Shown in pieces: positions 8,174-16,903 of a DNA stretch of 32,172 nt. How positions within the stretch are numbered: position 1 is the first letter of the stretch; each line of letters begins with the position of its first letter. The notes beneath the pieces are model-generated. The model made no database searches. It saw only the letters and a program-made list of their open reading frames with translations, and was not told where the DNA came from. This DNA comes from Gemmatimonadales bacterium (lineage in GTDB: Bacteria; Gemmatimonadota; Gemmatimonadetes; Gemmatimonadales; GWC2-71-9): the NCBI GenBank assembly GCA_035635735.1, contig DASQAM010000281.1, forward strand, positions 1-32,172, written 5' to 3'. Made by a program: the position numbers and the translations under genes.

Positions 8174-9420
8174 TCTCGGCCCCCGCCCTCGTGGCGCCTC
8201 CGTCGCTCGCGCGCGAGCGCGTGCTGGTGCTGGACGCCCACACCAACCAGGCGCTGGCATGCGCCCGCTCGCTCGGCCGCGCCGGTCACGAGGTGTTCGT
8301 CGCGAGCCATCGGTTGTGGCCGCTCGCCGCCTGGTCGACCTATTCCCGCGGCCGGTTCCGGCTGGCGGGCGAGTCGGTCGAGGCGTTCGCCGAGCTGCGC
8401 GCCTGGGCGGGCGAGCGTGGCGTGACGGTCGTGCTGCCGCTCACCGAGCGCGCCTGCCTGCTCTGCAACGCGGAGCGCCACGCATGGGAGGCCCTGGGCA
8501 TCGTGGTGGGGTGCGGCCCGGACGAAATGTTGCTGCGGGCATTCGACAAGGCGGAGACGGCGCGCTACGCCACGGCCAGCGGCGCCGCGCTGCCCCCGAC
8601 CAAGGCGCCCCGATCGCTCGCCGAGTGCCGGGCGGCGGCCCAAGCGGTGGGCTTTCCCTGCGTCGTCAAGCCGCGGTTCAGCAACGTCCACGATGGCTTC
8701 GTGTTCCAGCCGGGAGAGTCGGCGCGCTACGTCGGCCATCCGGACCAGCTCGACGCAGCGATCGAAGCGACGCGACAGGGCGATCGCTGGCCCCTGATTC
8801 AGGGATTCGTGCCCGGCGCGGGCAAGGGGGTGTTCGCGCTGTGTAACCACGGCGAAGCCGTGGCCTGGTTCGCCCACGAGCGGTTGCGGGACGTCCGCCC
8901 GTCGGGCTCCGGCAGCAGCTTGCGCCGGGCCATCGCGCTCGACCCGCGGCTGCGCGCGCCGGCGGAGCGTCTGCTGCGCCAGATGCAATGGCACGGCCCG
9001 GCGATGGTCGAGTTCCGCGACGACGGTGTCAACGCACCGTACCTGATCGAGGTGAACGGCCGTTTCTGGGGCTCGCTACAGCTCGCCGTCTCGGCCGGCG
9101 TGGATTTTCCGCACCTCTGGCTGGCGCTGCTCCGCAATCACAGGCTCCCCCCCTCCCGCGGCTACGTCGAGGGCGTGACGCTGCGGTGGCTCTGGGGAGA
9201 CGTGAAACGCTTCCTCTACATCCTCGCCGGGGCACCGCGGGGGTATCCGGGTCCCTACCCGAGCGTCTGGCAAGGTGTGCGGGAGCTGTTGGGCCCGCAG
9301 CCGCGAGGCACCCTGAACGAAACCTGGACCGCCGGCGACCGCTGGCCCGTCCTAGGGGAGGTCGTCCAAGGGGTGCGCGAGCTCGTGATCCGGTTGCTGC
9401 GGCGCGGCGCGCCGCCCGTC
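8170..9420 (+). other. Domain: ATP-grasp
   Basis: Motifs FPCVVKPRFS..., GFVPGAGKGVFAL, MVEFRDDG..PYLIEVNGRFWGSL (E-x-N). Boundaries are approximate. Confidence 0.75.
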
Positions 9421-11577
9421 CCCGCGCCGGTGTCCATGGATGCGTCCCACGCCCTGCGCGTCCTCATGCTCACGCCTGACTGGCCCACGCCGGATCGCCC
9501 CCGCACGACCAATTTCATCAAGCGCCAGGCGGAAGCGCTGCGGGCCGCGGGGGCCCATATCGACGTCTTCCATTTCGCCGCCGAGCAGCGGCTCTGGAAC
9601 TATCTGCGCGCGTGGCGCGCCGTGCGCCGCCGCCTCGCCACGGGACGCTACGACCTCGTCCACGCCCAATTCGGGCAGAGCGGCCTCGTGGCGTTGCCCA
9701 AACGCGTACCTCTCGTGGTCACGTTCCGCGGCAGCGACCTGTTGGGCATCGTGAGCGACAAGACCGGCCGTCATACCTGGCGGGGCCGCGTGGCGCAGCG
9801 GTGTTCCCGCATGGTTGCGCGCCTGGCGGACGCCGTGATCGTGGTGTCCGAGCACATGAAGGCGCAGCTCCCCGCCGCCGTGCGCCCGACCGTGATCCCG
9901 TCCGGCCTCGACCTGAAGCTGTTTCATCCGATTCCCCGCGACGAGGCGCGGCGGCGGCTGGGGTGGTCGCCCGGCCGGCGCGTCGTGCTGTTCGTCGGCC
10001 GACCGTTTCAAGCACGCAAGCGGCACAGCCTCGCTCGCGATGCAGTGGCGCTCCTCAACCGCTCCCTCCCCGCAGAGCTGGTGGTCGCCTGGGGCGTGCC
10101 CCACACCGAGATGCCGGTCTACATGAGCGCGGCCGACGTGCTGGTCTGCACGTCGATGCAAGAAGGGTCTCCCAACGTCGTCAAAGAAGCACTCGCGTGC
10201 GATCTGCCGGTGGTCTCGGTGCCCGTGGGGGACGTGGCGCTGCGTCTCCAGGGGGTCGCGGGATGCGAGCTGTGCGCCGACGACCGGCCCGAGACGATCG
10301 CCGCCGCGCTCGAGCGCGTCCTGCGCCGCGACCAACGCATCGACGGTCGCGACGCAGTCCGACCGCTGGACGAGGAGTTGCTGACCCAGCAGGTCCTGGA
10401 CATCTACCGGTCGGTCGTCAACGGTCACGCCCTCGACCGGCGAGGGCTCGGGAAGGGCCGCTTGACGGTACGCAAGGCGTCGCCGTCCGAAGAGCTCGAG
10501 TGGAACACGTTGGTGCAGCGGTTCGACCACTGCCGCATCGCCCATACGCGCGCGTGGCTCCGCTCGCTCGAAGCCTCCGGCTGCGGCCAGCCACTCTACC
10601 TCGTGTTCGAGCGGGATCACGAGATCGTAGGCTGTCTGCCCGGTCTCCTGGTGCGGTTCGGCCCGCTCCGCTTGTTCGGCTCCCCATTGCCGGGGTGGCA
10701 AACCGTCAGCATGGGTCCGGTGTTCGACGAGCGCCGGGTTTCTGCGGCGGACCTCGTCGCCACGCTGGTGCCGTTCCTCCGTCACCGCTACGGCATCCAC
10801 CACATCGAGCTGATGTGCAGCCATCTGGATCCCGCTGCCATGCAGGCCGCGGGCTTCCGGGGCGACGCCGTCACCACCTACCGGGCGCCGCTCGCTGCGG
10901 ACGAGGCCACGACGATGAAGGCCATGAAGGACAGCACGCGGCGCAATGTGCGACGCGCGATCAAGCTCGGCCTCGTCACCCGATTCGAAACCGAGGAGTC
11001 CTTCGTGGACGAGCACTACTCCCAGATCAAGGAAGTCTACGCCCGCCGCGGCTTCAGCGTGCCGTTCGGTAAACGGCGGGTGCTGGAGTTCTTTCGCCAC
11101 ATGAAGGCAGCCGGCAGCCTGCTGGCAATCGCCGTCTACCTCGAAGACGGGGGGCCGTGCATCGCGACGGGCATGTTCACCGTGCACGGCCGCGAGCTGC
11201 TGCTGTCGATGTGGACCCATCGCACCCGGTACCGCTGGTACCGGCCGACGGAGCTGATGACGTGGACGGTCATGCAAAAGGCGATGGCGCTGGGGTGCGA
11301 CAACTTCGATTTGATGGGCCGCGGTGATTTCAAGGCCAAGTTCGGCGCGACCCCGGACGCGAGCAAGCGCCGTTGGGTGTGGAGCCGTTACGCCTGGCTC
11401 ACCGCGGCGCGCGATCTGGCCGAGAAGGGCTACCGCTGGCAGCAAGGCATCCGCGGCCGCTTGGCCCGGCTGACGTCCACATCCCTGCCGCCCAGCCCGG
11501 TCGAAGCCGGCCAGGTGGAGGATGAGCAGCCTGCGCGGTCGCCCAGCCGCGTCCCCGTGGAGACCACCCATGCGTGA
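8170..11577 (+). CDS. Tri-domain fusion: ATP-grasp ligase + GT1 (GT4-like) glycosyltransferase + FemAB/CelD-like GNAT (PF13480-type) acyl/aminoacyl-transferase
   Basis: ATG 8170 forms an ATGA overlap with the lhgO-like stop; the track ORF 7900-11577 is over-extended. One uninterrupted frame of 1135 aa, with short Pro/Gly-rich linkers between the domains. Confidence 0.8.
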   Translation: MISAPALVAPPSLARERVLVLDAHTNQALACARSLGRAGHEVFVASHRLWPLAAWSTYSRGRFRLAGESVEAFAELRAWAGERGVTVVLPLTERACLLCNAERHAWEALGIVVGCGPDEMLLRAFDKAETARYATASGAALPPTKAPRSLAECRAAAQAVGFPCVVKPRFSNVHDGFVFQPGESARYVGHPDQLDAAIEATRQGDRWPLIQGFVPGAGKGVFALCNHGEAVAWFAHERLRDVRPSGSGSSLRRAIALDPRLRAPAERLLRQMQWHGPAMVEFRDDGVNAPYLIEVNGRFWGSLQLAVSAGVDFPHLWLALLRNHRLPPSRGYVEGVTLRWLWGDVKRFLYILAGAPRGYPGPYPSVWQGVRELLGPQPRGTLNETWTAGDRWPVLGEVVQGVRELVIRLLRRGAPPVPAPVSMDASHALRVLMLTPDWPTPDRPRTTNFIKRQAEALRAAGAHIDVFHFAAEQRLWNYLRAWRAVRRRLATGRYDLVHAQFGQSGLVALPKRVPLVVTFRGSDLLGIVSDKTGRHTWRGRVAQRCSRMVARLADAVIVVSEHMKAQLPAAVRPTVIPSGLDLKLFHPIPRDEARRRLGWSPGRRVVLFVGRPFQARKRHSLARDAVALLNRSLPAELVVAWGVPHTEMPVYMSAADVLVCTSMQEGSPNVVKEALACDLPVVSVPVGDVALRLQGVAGCELCADDRPETIAAALERVLRRDQRIDGRDAVRPLDEELLTQQVLDIYRSVVNGHALDRRGLGKGRLTVRKASPSEELEWNTLVQRFDHCRIAHTRAWLRSLEASGCGQPLYLVFERDHEIVGCLPGLLVRFGPLRLFGSPLPGWQTVSMGPVFDERRVSAADLVATLVPFLRHRYGIHHIELMCSHLDPAAMQAAGFRGDAVTTYRAPLAADEATTMKAMKDSTRRNVRRAIKLGLVTRFETEESFVDEHYSQIKEVYARRGFSVPFGKRRVLEFFRHMKAAGSLLAIAVYLEDGGPCIATGMFTVHGRELLLSMWTHRTRYRWYRPTELMTWTVMQKAMALGCDNFDLMGRGDFKAKFGATPDASKRRWVWSRYAWLTAARDLAEKGYRWQQGIRGRLARLTSTSLPPSPVEAGQVEDEQPARSPSRVPVETTHA
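9454..10416 (+). other. Domain: GT1-family glycosyltransferase
   Basis: LRVLMLTPDWPTP...FIKRQAEALRAAG and an EX7E motif (MQEGSPNVVKEALAC). By-eye alignment suggests about 70% aa identity to the standalone GT1 at 12772-13827. Confidence 0.8.
10462..11430 (+). other. Domain: FemAB/CelD-like GNAT (Acetyltransf_6-type)
   Basis: The pattern EWNTLV....AHTRAWLRSLE...YLVFERDHEIVGCLPG...MKDSTRRNVRRAIKLG...YRPTELMTWTVMQKAMALGCDNFDLMG is the same architecture as the standalone gene 15675-16700. Boundaries are approximate. Confidence 0.6.
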
Positions 11578-12775
11578 CACGCGGCCGCTCGCATGCGTCA
11601 TGGGTGATATGGACCTGCTTCGTCCGCTCGGGCTGGCGCGCATACCCTGCGTGGTCGTCGCGCCGCCCGGGGCCGCACCCTGCTTCTCGCGCTTCACGCG
11701 CGCCACGCTCCCGTGGGTGGACACATGGGATCATCCGGACGAGCAGGTGGACACGTTGGTCCGCTTCGCGTCCGCGCAGCCCGAGCCTCCGGTCCTGTTC
11801 TATCAGGAGGACCGGGAGCTGCTGCTGGTCTCCCGCTACCGCGAGCGCCTGCGCCCGGCGTTCCGGTTCGCCATCGGCGACGCGACGCTGGTGGAAGATC
11901 TGGTCGACAAGGGGCGGTTCCAGGCCCTCGCGTGGCGGCTGGACCTGCCCGTGCCCGTCGCGCGCCCGCTCGACCTCACCCGGCAGCCGCGCCCCGGGGA
12001 CGTCGACGTGCCCTTTCCGATGGTGATCAAGCCGCTCACGCGCCGCACCGACCGCTGGACTCCGCTGGGCGGCCCGGGCAAGGCCCTGCGGGTCGAGAGC
12101 CTCGAGGTCCTGCAGCAGCTGTGGCCCCGCGTCGTGGTGGCGAACGTGCCCCTGCTGGCGCAGCAGCTGGTGCCCGGTCCGGAAACGGACGTCGAGAGCT
12201 ACCACGTCTACGTGGACGAGTCGGGGGAGATCGTGGGCGAGTTCACCGGCCGAAAGATCCGGACCTGGCCCCTGGAGCTCGGCCACAGCACCGCGCTCGT
12301 GATCACCGACTCGCCCGAGGTGGCCGAGCTGGGCCGAGCGGTGGTGCGACGGCTGGAGCTGCGGGGGGTCGCGAAGCTCGACTTCAAACGCGGGCCCAAG
12401 GGCCGGCTCTACCTGCTGGAGATCAACCCCCGCTTCACCCTGTGGCATCATCCGGCGGCGCTGGCGGGCGTGAACGTGCCGGCGCTGGTGTACGGGGACC
12501 TTGCCGGCCTGCCCCGACCCGCCGCGCGACGCGCTCACCCGGGCGTGCGGTGGTGCAAGATCTGGCACGACGCCCCCGCCGCTCGCAGCGCGGGCATGCC
12601 GTTCCTCCGGTGGCTGCCTTGGGCGCTCCGGTGCGAAGCCAAGAGCGCCTTCAGCTGGGACGACCCACTTCCCCTGTTCGGCGCGGCCGCGTGGGCGGCG
12701 GCGCGACGGTTCGCCGCGTCGCTCCGCGCGCTGCTCCCGCCGGCCGCGCGCCCGGTCAAGGCCCGTCTGCCATGA
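11570..12775 (+). CDS. ATP-grasp domain protein (carboxylate-amine ligase-like)
   Basis: ATG 11570 overlaps the upstream stop by 8 nt. Motifs FPMVIKPLTRR, LLAQQLVPG, VAKLDFKRGPKGRLYLLEINPRF. Confidence 0.75.
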   Translation: MRDTRPLACVMGDMDLLRPLGLARIPCVVVAPPGAAPCFSRFTRATLPWVDTWDHPDEQVDTLVRFASAQPEPPVLFYQEDRELLLVSRYRERLRPAFRFAIGDATLVEDLVDKGRFQALAWRLDLPVPVARPLDLTRQPRPGDVDVPFPMVIKPLTRRTDRWTPLGGPGKALRVESLEVLQQLWPRVVVANVPLLAQQLVPGPETDVESYHVYVDESGEIVGEFTGRKIRTWPLELGHSTALVITDSPEVAELGRAVVRRLELRGVAKLDFKRGPKGRLYLLEINPRFTLWHHPAALAGVNVPALVYGDLAGLPRPAARRAHPGVRWCKIWHDAPAARSAGMPFLRWLPWALRCEAKSAFSWDDPLPLFGAAAWAAARRFAASLRALLPPAARPVKARLP

Positions 12776-13827
12776 CGCCGATCCGCGTGCTCATGATCAC
12801 CAGCGCCTGGCCCACTCCTGGGGCGCCCCGGACGACGCATTTCATCAAGCGCCAGGCGGACGCGCTGCGCGCGGCGGGCGTCGAGGTGGACGTGCTCCAC
12901 TTCCAGGGCCAGCGGCCGGACCGGTATCTCCTCGCCTGGCTGCGCGCCCGCCCGCGGCTCGACGCGAGGCGCTACGATCTGGTCCATGCGCAGTTCGGCC
13001 AAAGCGGCCTGCTGGCGCTTCCCAAGCGCCTGCCGCTGGTGGTGACATTCCGAGGGAGCGACGTCTTGGGAATCGTGAGCGACGCGGACGGCCGCTACAC
13101 CTGGAAGGGACGCGTGGTACAGTGGCTCTCCCGTCTGGTAGCCCGGCGGGCCGACGCCGTGATCGTCGTATCCGACCACATGAAGCGGTCCCTGCCCTCC
13201 TCGGTTTCCGCAGCCGTCATCCCTTCCGGTCTGGATCTGGAGCGGTTCCGGCCGCTGCCTCGCGACGACGCGCGGCGCGTTCTCGGCCTGCCGCTCGACC
13301 GGCGCTACGTGCTGTTCGTCGGCCGGCCCACGCAGGCTCGGAAACGGGGCGACCTGGCGCGCCGGGCCGTGGAGCTGCTCGATCGATCCTATCCGGCGGA
13401 GCTCATCACCGCGTGGGGAGTGCCCCACGGCGATATCCCGCTCTACATGAACGCCTGTGACGTGCTGCTCTGCACCTCGATGCAGGAAGGGTCCCCCAAC
13501 GTGGTCAAAGAGGCCCTGGCGTGTGATACGCCGGTCGTCTCGGTCTCGGTGGGCGACGTGCCTACGCGGCTCGCGGGGATCGAGGGATGTGAGCTGTGTG
13601 CCGACGACCGACCGGAGACGATCGCAGCGGCGCTGGAGCGCGTGCTCCGCCGCGGCCAGCGGGTCCGGGGCCGCGAGACGGTCGCGACGCTGGACGAGGC
13701 ACTCCTCACCCAGCAGGTGATCGCCATCTATCGCTCGGTGCTCCACCGCGGGCGGGGCGGCGCGCCCTCTCAGCCCGTGCCACCCCCACGCCCTCCGGGC
13801 GCCGCCCTCGCGGGGACGCCGTCGTGA
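12772..13827 (+). CDS. GT1-family glycosyltransferase (paralog of the GT1 domain at 9454-10416)
   Basis: ATG 12772 forms an ATGA overlap; the track ORF 11713-13827 is over-extended. Motifs IRVLMITSAWPTPGAPRTTHFIKRQADALRAAG and EX7E (MQEGSPNVVKEALAC). Confidence 0.85.
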   Translation: MTPIRVLMITSAWPTPGAPRTTHFIKRQADALRAAGVEVDVLHFQGQRPDRYLLAWLRARPRLDARRYDLVHAQFGQSGLLALPKRLPLVVTFRGSDVLGIVSDADGRYTWKGRVVQWLSRLVARRADAVIVVSDHMKRSLPSSVSAAVIPSGLDLERFRPLPRDDARRVLGLPLDRRYVLFVGRPTQARKRGDLARRAVELLDRSYPAELITAWGVPHGDIPLYMNACDVLLCTSMQEGSPNVVKEALACDTPVVSVSVGDVPTRLAGIEGCELCADDRPETIAAALERVLRRGQRVRGRETVATLDEALLTQQVIAIYRSVLHRGRGGAPSQPVPPPRPPGAALAGTPS

Positions 13828-14867
13828 CCGCCACGCCTGCGTTCGTCTCCATCGTCGTCCCGTGCCGCAACGAGGAACGCTACCTCGGGGCCTGCCTCGA
13901 CTCGATCCTGGCGGGCGACTATCCGCCGGATCGTCTCGAAGTGCTCGTGGTGGACGGCATGAGCGATGATCGGACGCGAGAGATCCTCGGCCGCTACACG
14001 GCGCGCCATCCCTTCATCCACCGGCTGGACAATCCGCAGCGGATCACGCCCGCCGCGCTCAACGTGGGGATCCGGGCCGCGCGGGGAGACGTCATCATGC
14101 GGATGGATGCGCACGTCCTGTACCCCTCGACCTACGTCTCCCAGCTCGTCGCGGCGCTCGAGGAGACCGGGGCCGATTGCGTGGGTGGGGTCATCGAGAC
14201 CCTCCCCGCCGACGACTCCGCCACCGCGCGGGCCATCGCCCTTGGGATGTCTCACCCCCTCGGGGTCGGCAACTCGTATTTTCGCATCGGCTCGCGGGAG
14301 CGGCGCTGGGCCGACGCCGTGTCGTTCCCCTGCTACCGACGCGACGTGTTCGACCGTATCGGCCTGTACGACGAGGAGCTGGTCCGCAATCAAGACGACG
14401 AGTTCGATCTCCGCCTGATCAAGCACGGCGGGCGCGTCCTCCTGGTGCCGGAGGTGGTGGCGCGCTACTACGCCCGGCGCTCGCTGCGGCAGGTGGCCCG
14501 CATGTTCTACCAGTACGGCTACTTCAAGCCGTTGGTGGTCCGGAAGCTCGGTCGCGTCATGACCGTGCGGCCTCTCGTCCCCACCGCGCTGCTCGTGAGC
14601 CTGCTCGTGTCGGCTGTGACGGGGCTCTGGTGGACGCCGGCGGCCTGGGCGGGCGCCGCGATCTTGGGGTGCTACACAGCCGTGGTGCTGGGGGCCGCAT
14701 TCGGGGGCGTGCGGCGGCTCGGCGTTCGGGCCGGCGCCGCGCTGACGACCGTGTTTCCGGTGATCCATTTCAGCTACGGCCTAGGTTTCCTGCACGGCAT
14801 CGCCGTGCACATGCTCCGACTCACACGCCGGCGGCCGCACGCGGCCGCTATCTCGTTGTCCCGGTAG
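13824..14867 (+). CDS. GT2-family glycosyltransferase with C-terminal TM segments
   Basis: GTG 13824 forms a GTGA overlap. Motifs FVSIVVPCRNEERYL and VVDGMSDDRT (DxD), plus a hydrophobic C-terminal ~100 aa. Confidence 0.85.
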   Translation: MTATPAFVSIVVPCRNEERYLGACLDSILAGDYPPDRLEVLVVDGMSDDRTREILGRYTARHPFIHRLDNPQRITPAALNVGIRAARGDVIMRMDAHVLYPSTYVSQLVAALEETGADCVGGVIETLPADDSATARAIALGMSHPLGVGNSYFRIGSRERRWADAVSFPCYRRDVFDRIGLYDEELVRNQDDEFDLRLIKHGGRVLLVPEVVARYYARRSLRQVARMFYQYGYFKPLVVRKLGRVMTVRPLVPTALLVSLLVSAVTGLWWTPAAWAGAAILGCYTAVVLGAAFGGVRRLGVRAGAALTTVFPVIHFSYGLGFLHGIAVHMLRLTRRRPHAAAISLSR

Positions 14868-14883
14868 CCGAGGAGACTCCCGC

Positions 14884-15678
14884 TTGTCCACGCGCACACC
14901 GCGGATCGCGAGCTTCGGCTACCACGAGGTGACGGACGATCCCACGATGTCGGGCTTCCAGCGGCCGGCCGCTCTCCCGTTCAAGCACACGCCCCGTGCG
15001 TTTGCCGAGCACCTCGCGACTGTCGCCGCCGGACCGTTCGTCCCCGGCCTCATCGGGGATATCGACTTCACCCGCCCCGGCCGGCACGTCCTGCTCACCT
15101 TCGACGACGGGGGTAAGAGCGCCGTTTACGTCGCGGACCAGCTGTCCCGGCGGGGGTGGAGGGGGCACTTCTTCATCGTCACCAGCTTGATTGGCACCCG
15201 CACGTTCCTCGATGCGGCGGACATCCGGTACCTGCGTAGCAGCGGCCATGTCGTCGGCAGCCATTCGCACACCCACCCCGACATCTTTCGCGACGAGACG
15301 CCCCAGCGGATGATCGAGGAGTGGCGCACGAGCTGCGGGATCCTGGCCGACCTGCTGGGCGAGCCGTGCAGCATAGCCTCGGTGCCCGGCGGCGACATCT
15401 CGACCGCCGTGCTGCGCTCGGCGGCGCCCGCCGGCCTGCGCTACCTGTTCACGTCCGAGCCGTGGACGGCGCCCCGACAAATGAACGGCACCTGGATCCT
15501 CGGGCGCTTCGGCCCGAAGGTCGGTACGTCTCCGGCTCGTGTGGGCGCGCTCGTGCGGTTCCACGGCTGGCAGAGCGCCCTCCTCGAGCGTCGCCTGAAA
15601 GGGGTGGTGCGGCGCAGTCTTCCGGCCCTGTACCGCTTCTACGTCCGGCGCACTACCCAGGACTGGGTGCCTCAATGA
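14884..15678 (+). CDS. Polysaccharide deacetylase (CE4 / NodB-homology)
   Basis: TTG start with GAGGAG 8 nt upstream (14871-14876). Motifs LLTFDDGG and GSHSHTHP. Confidence 0.8.
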   Translation: MSTRTPRIASFGYHEVTDDPTMSGFQRPAALPFKHTPRAFAEHLATVAAGPFVPGLIGDIDFTRPGRHVLLTFDDGGKSAVYVADQLSRRGWRGHFFIVTSLIGTRTFLDAADIRYLRSSGHVVGSHSHTHPDIFRDETPQRMIEEWRTSCGILADLLGEPCSIASVPGGDISTAVLRSAAPAGLRYLFTSEPWTAPRQMNGTWILGRFGPKVGTSPARVGALVRFHGWQSALLERRLKGVVRRSLPALYRFYVRRTTQDWVPQ

Positions 15679-16700
15679 GCGTCGCCGTCGAGGACTTCCA
15701 GGGGGCTCCAGCCGAGTGGGACGCTTTCGTGCGCGCCCAGCCGCAATGGACGCAGGTCCATCTGTTCGGATGGAAGACCGTCATGACACGTGCGCTGGGG
15801 CACGAGTGCCTATATCTCGCCGCACGCGACCCAGCCGGTCGCCTCGTGGGCGTGCTGCCGCTGGTACGAGTGCGGAGCCTGGCCTTCGGACACTACCTCG
15901 TGTCCATGCCGTTCCTGAACCAGGGCGGGCCGCTCGGCAGCGACGCGGCCGTGCAAGCGCTCGTCGCGCGGGCCATAGAGTTGGCCCAGCGAGACAAGGC
16001 CAAGCTGCTCGAGCTCCGCAGCCGCGGCCCGCTCCCTATCACCCTTCCGGTCAGTCATCGCAAGGTGGGCGTCGTGCTCGACTTGGTCCCGGGCGCGCCG
16101 GAGGCCGTGTGGCAGGAGATCAGCCCCAGGCTCAAGGGCTACGTGCGGCGTACGAAAAAAGGCGGCGTGACCGTGCGGTTCGGGCCAGATCAGATCGGCG
16201 CCTTCTTCCAGGTGTTCTCGCGGCACATGCATGAGCTCGGAACACCCACGCATCACCGCCGGCTGTTCGAAACGATCGCGGAAGTGTTCCCCGAGGATAC
16301 GTGGTTCGGCTGCGCCTACTACGAGGGACGGCCCGTCGCGTGCGGGTGCGCCCTACGGTGGGCGGGCGAGGTGGAGGTCACGTGGGCGTCGGCCATCGCC
16401 AGCGCCCCGGACCTGCGGCCGAACGTGCTGCTGTACTGGGCGTTCATGGAGCGGGCGGCCACGGAAGGGCTGCGCACCTTCAACTTCGGCCGCTCGACTC
16501 CGGGCTCCGGCCCCCACGAATTCAAGCGCCGCTGGGGATCCCGCGATGAGCCATTGTGGTGGTACGACCTGTCTGCCAACGGGGCAACCACGCCCTCCCC
16601 TCAGGATCCGGCCTTGGCTTGGGGCCCCCGGCTGTGGAAGCGGTTGCCGCTTGCGCTGGCGACGGCTTTAGGCCCACGCATCGTCCGCTGTCTCCCCTAA
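15675..16700 (+). CDS. FemAB/CelD-like GNAT acyl/aminoacyl-transferase, similar to the FemAB-related proteins of PEP-CTERM-type EPS loci
   Basis: ATG 15675 forms an ATGA overlap; the track ORF 15321-16700 is over-extended. Pattern EWDAFV....QVHLFGWKTVM...LAARDPAGRLVGVLPL...YVRRTKKGG...PNVLLYWAFMERAATEGLRTFNFGRS..GSGPHEFKRRWG. Confidence 0.7.
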   Translation: MSVAVEDFQGAPAEWDAFVRAQPQWTQVHLFGWKTVMTRALGHECLYLAARDPAGRLVGVLPLVRVRSLAFGHYLVSMPFLNQGGPLGSDAAVQALVARAIELAQRDKAKLLELRSRGPLPITLPVSHRKVGVVLDLVPGAPEAVWQEISPRLKGYVRRTKKGGVTVRFGPDQIGAFFQVFSRHMHELGTPTHHRRLFETIAEVFPEDTWFGCAYYEGRPVACGCALRWAGEVEVTWASAIASAPDLRPNVLLYWAFMERAATEGLRTFNFGRSTPGSGPHEFKRRWGSRDEPLWWYDLSANGATTPSPQDPALAWGPRLWKRLPLALATALGPRIVRCLP

Positions 16701-16903
16701 GACATCCTGCCGTCACACAGCCGATGCTAAAGTGTTGGCGATCTGTGGCAATCCCCGACATCCGGCCCGACCCATGCCTGGAGCTGGCACATAAGTCATT
16801 TAGTGACATTATGTTGACACACATCACGAGAACCCCGGCCCGGCACGAGACCTGATATGGAGGGCAGTACCGCAGGTGTCTCGAACCCTGAACCGATGGT
16901 GCA
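16701..16903 (+). promoter_or_regulatory. AT-richer intergenic region; probable promoter/leader for the downstream gene set starting at 16904
   Basis: This is the only sizeable non-coding gap in the + strand locus and is visibly lower in GC than its flanks. It contains TTGACA (16814-16819) without a convincing -10 box, and TGGCAC (16785-16790). No transcription start can be assigned from sequence. Confidence 0.3.

Noticed and set aside
16785-16803. Possible sigma-54 promoter (TGGCAC at 16785-16790)
   Set aside because: The -12 element at the required spacing reads TCAT rather than TTGC, so the conserved GC is missing. A second TGGCA at 16746 also lacks a -12 partner. It is kept only as part of the generic intergenic note.
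16724-16855. A 43-aa ORF (MLKCWRSVAIPDIRPD...) in the AT-richer spacer, considered as a possible small precursor peptide or PEP-CTERM-type substrate
   Set aside because: It has no RBS, its codon usage is unlike the rest of the window (low GC3), and it has no signal peptide, PEP-CTERM motif or Cys/Ser/Thr-rich core. It is most likely non-coding.
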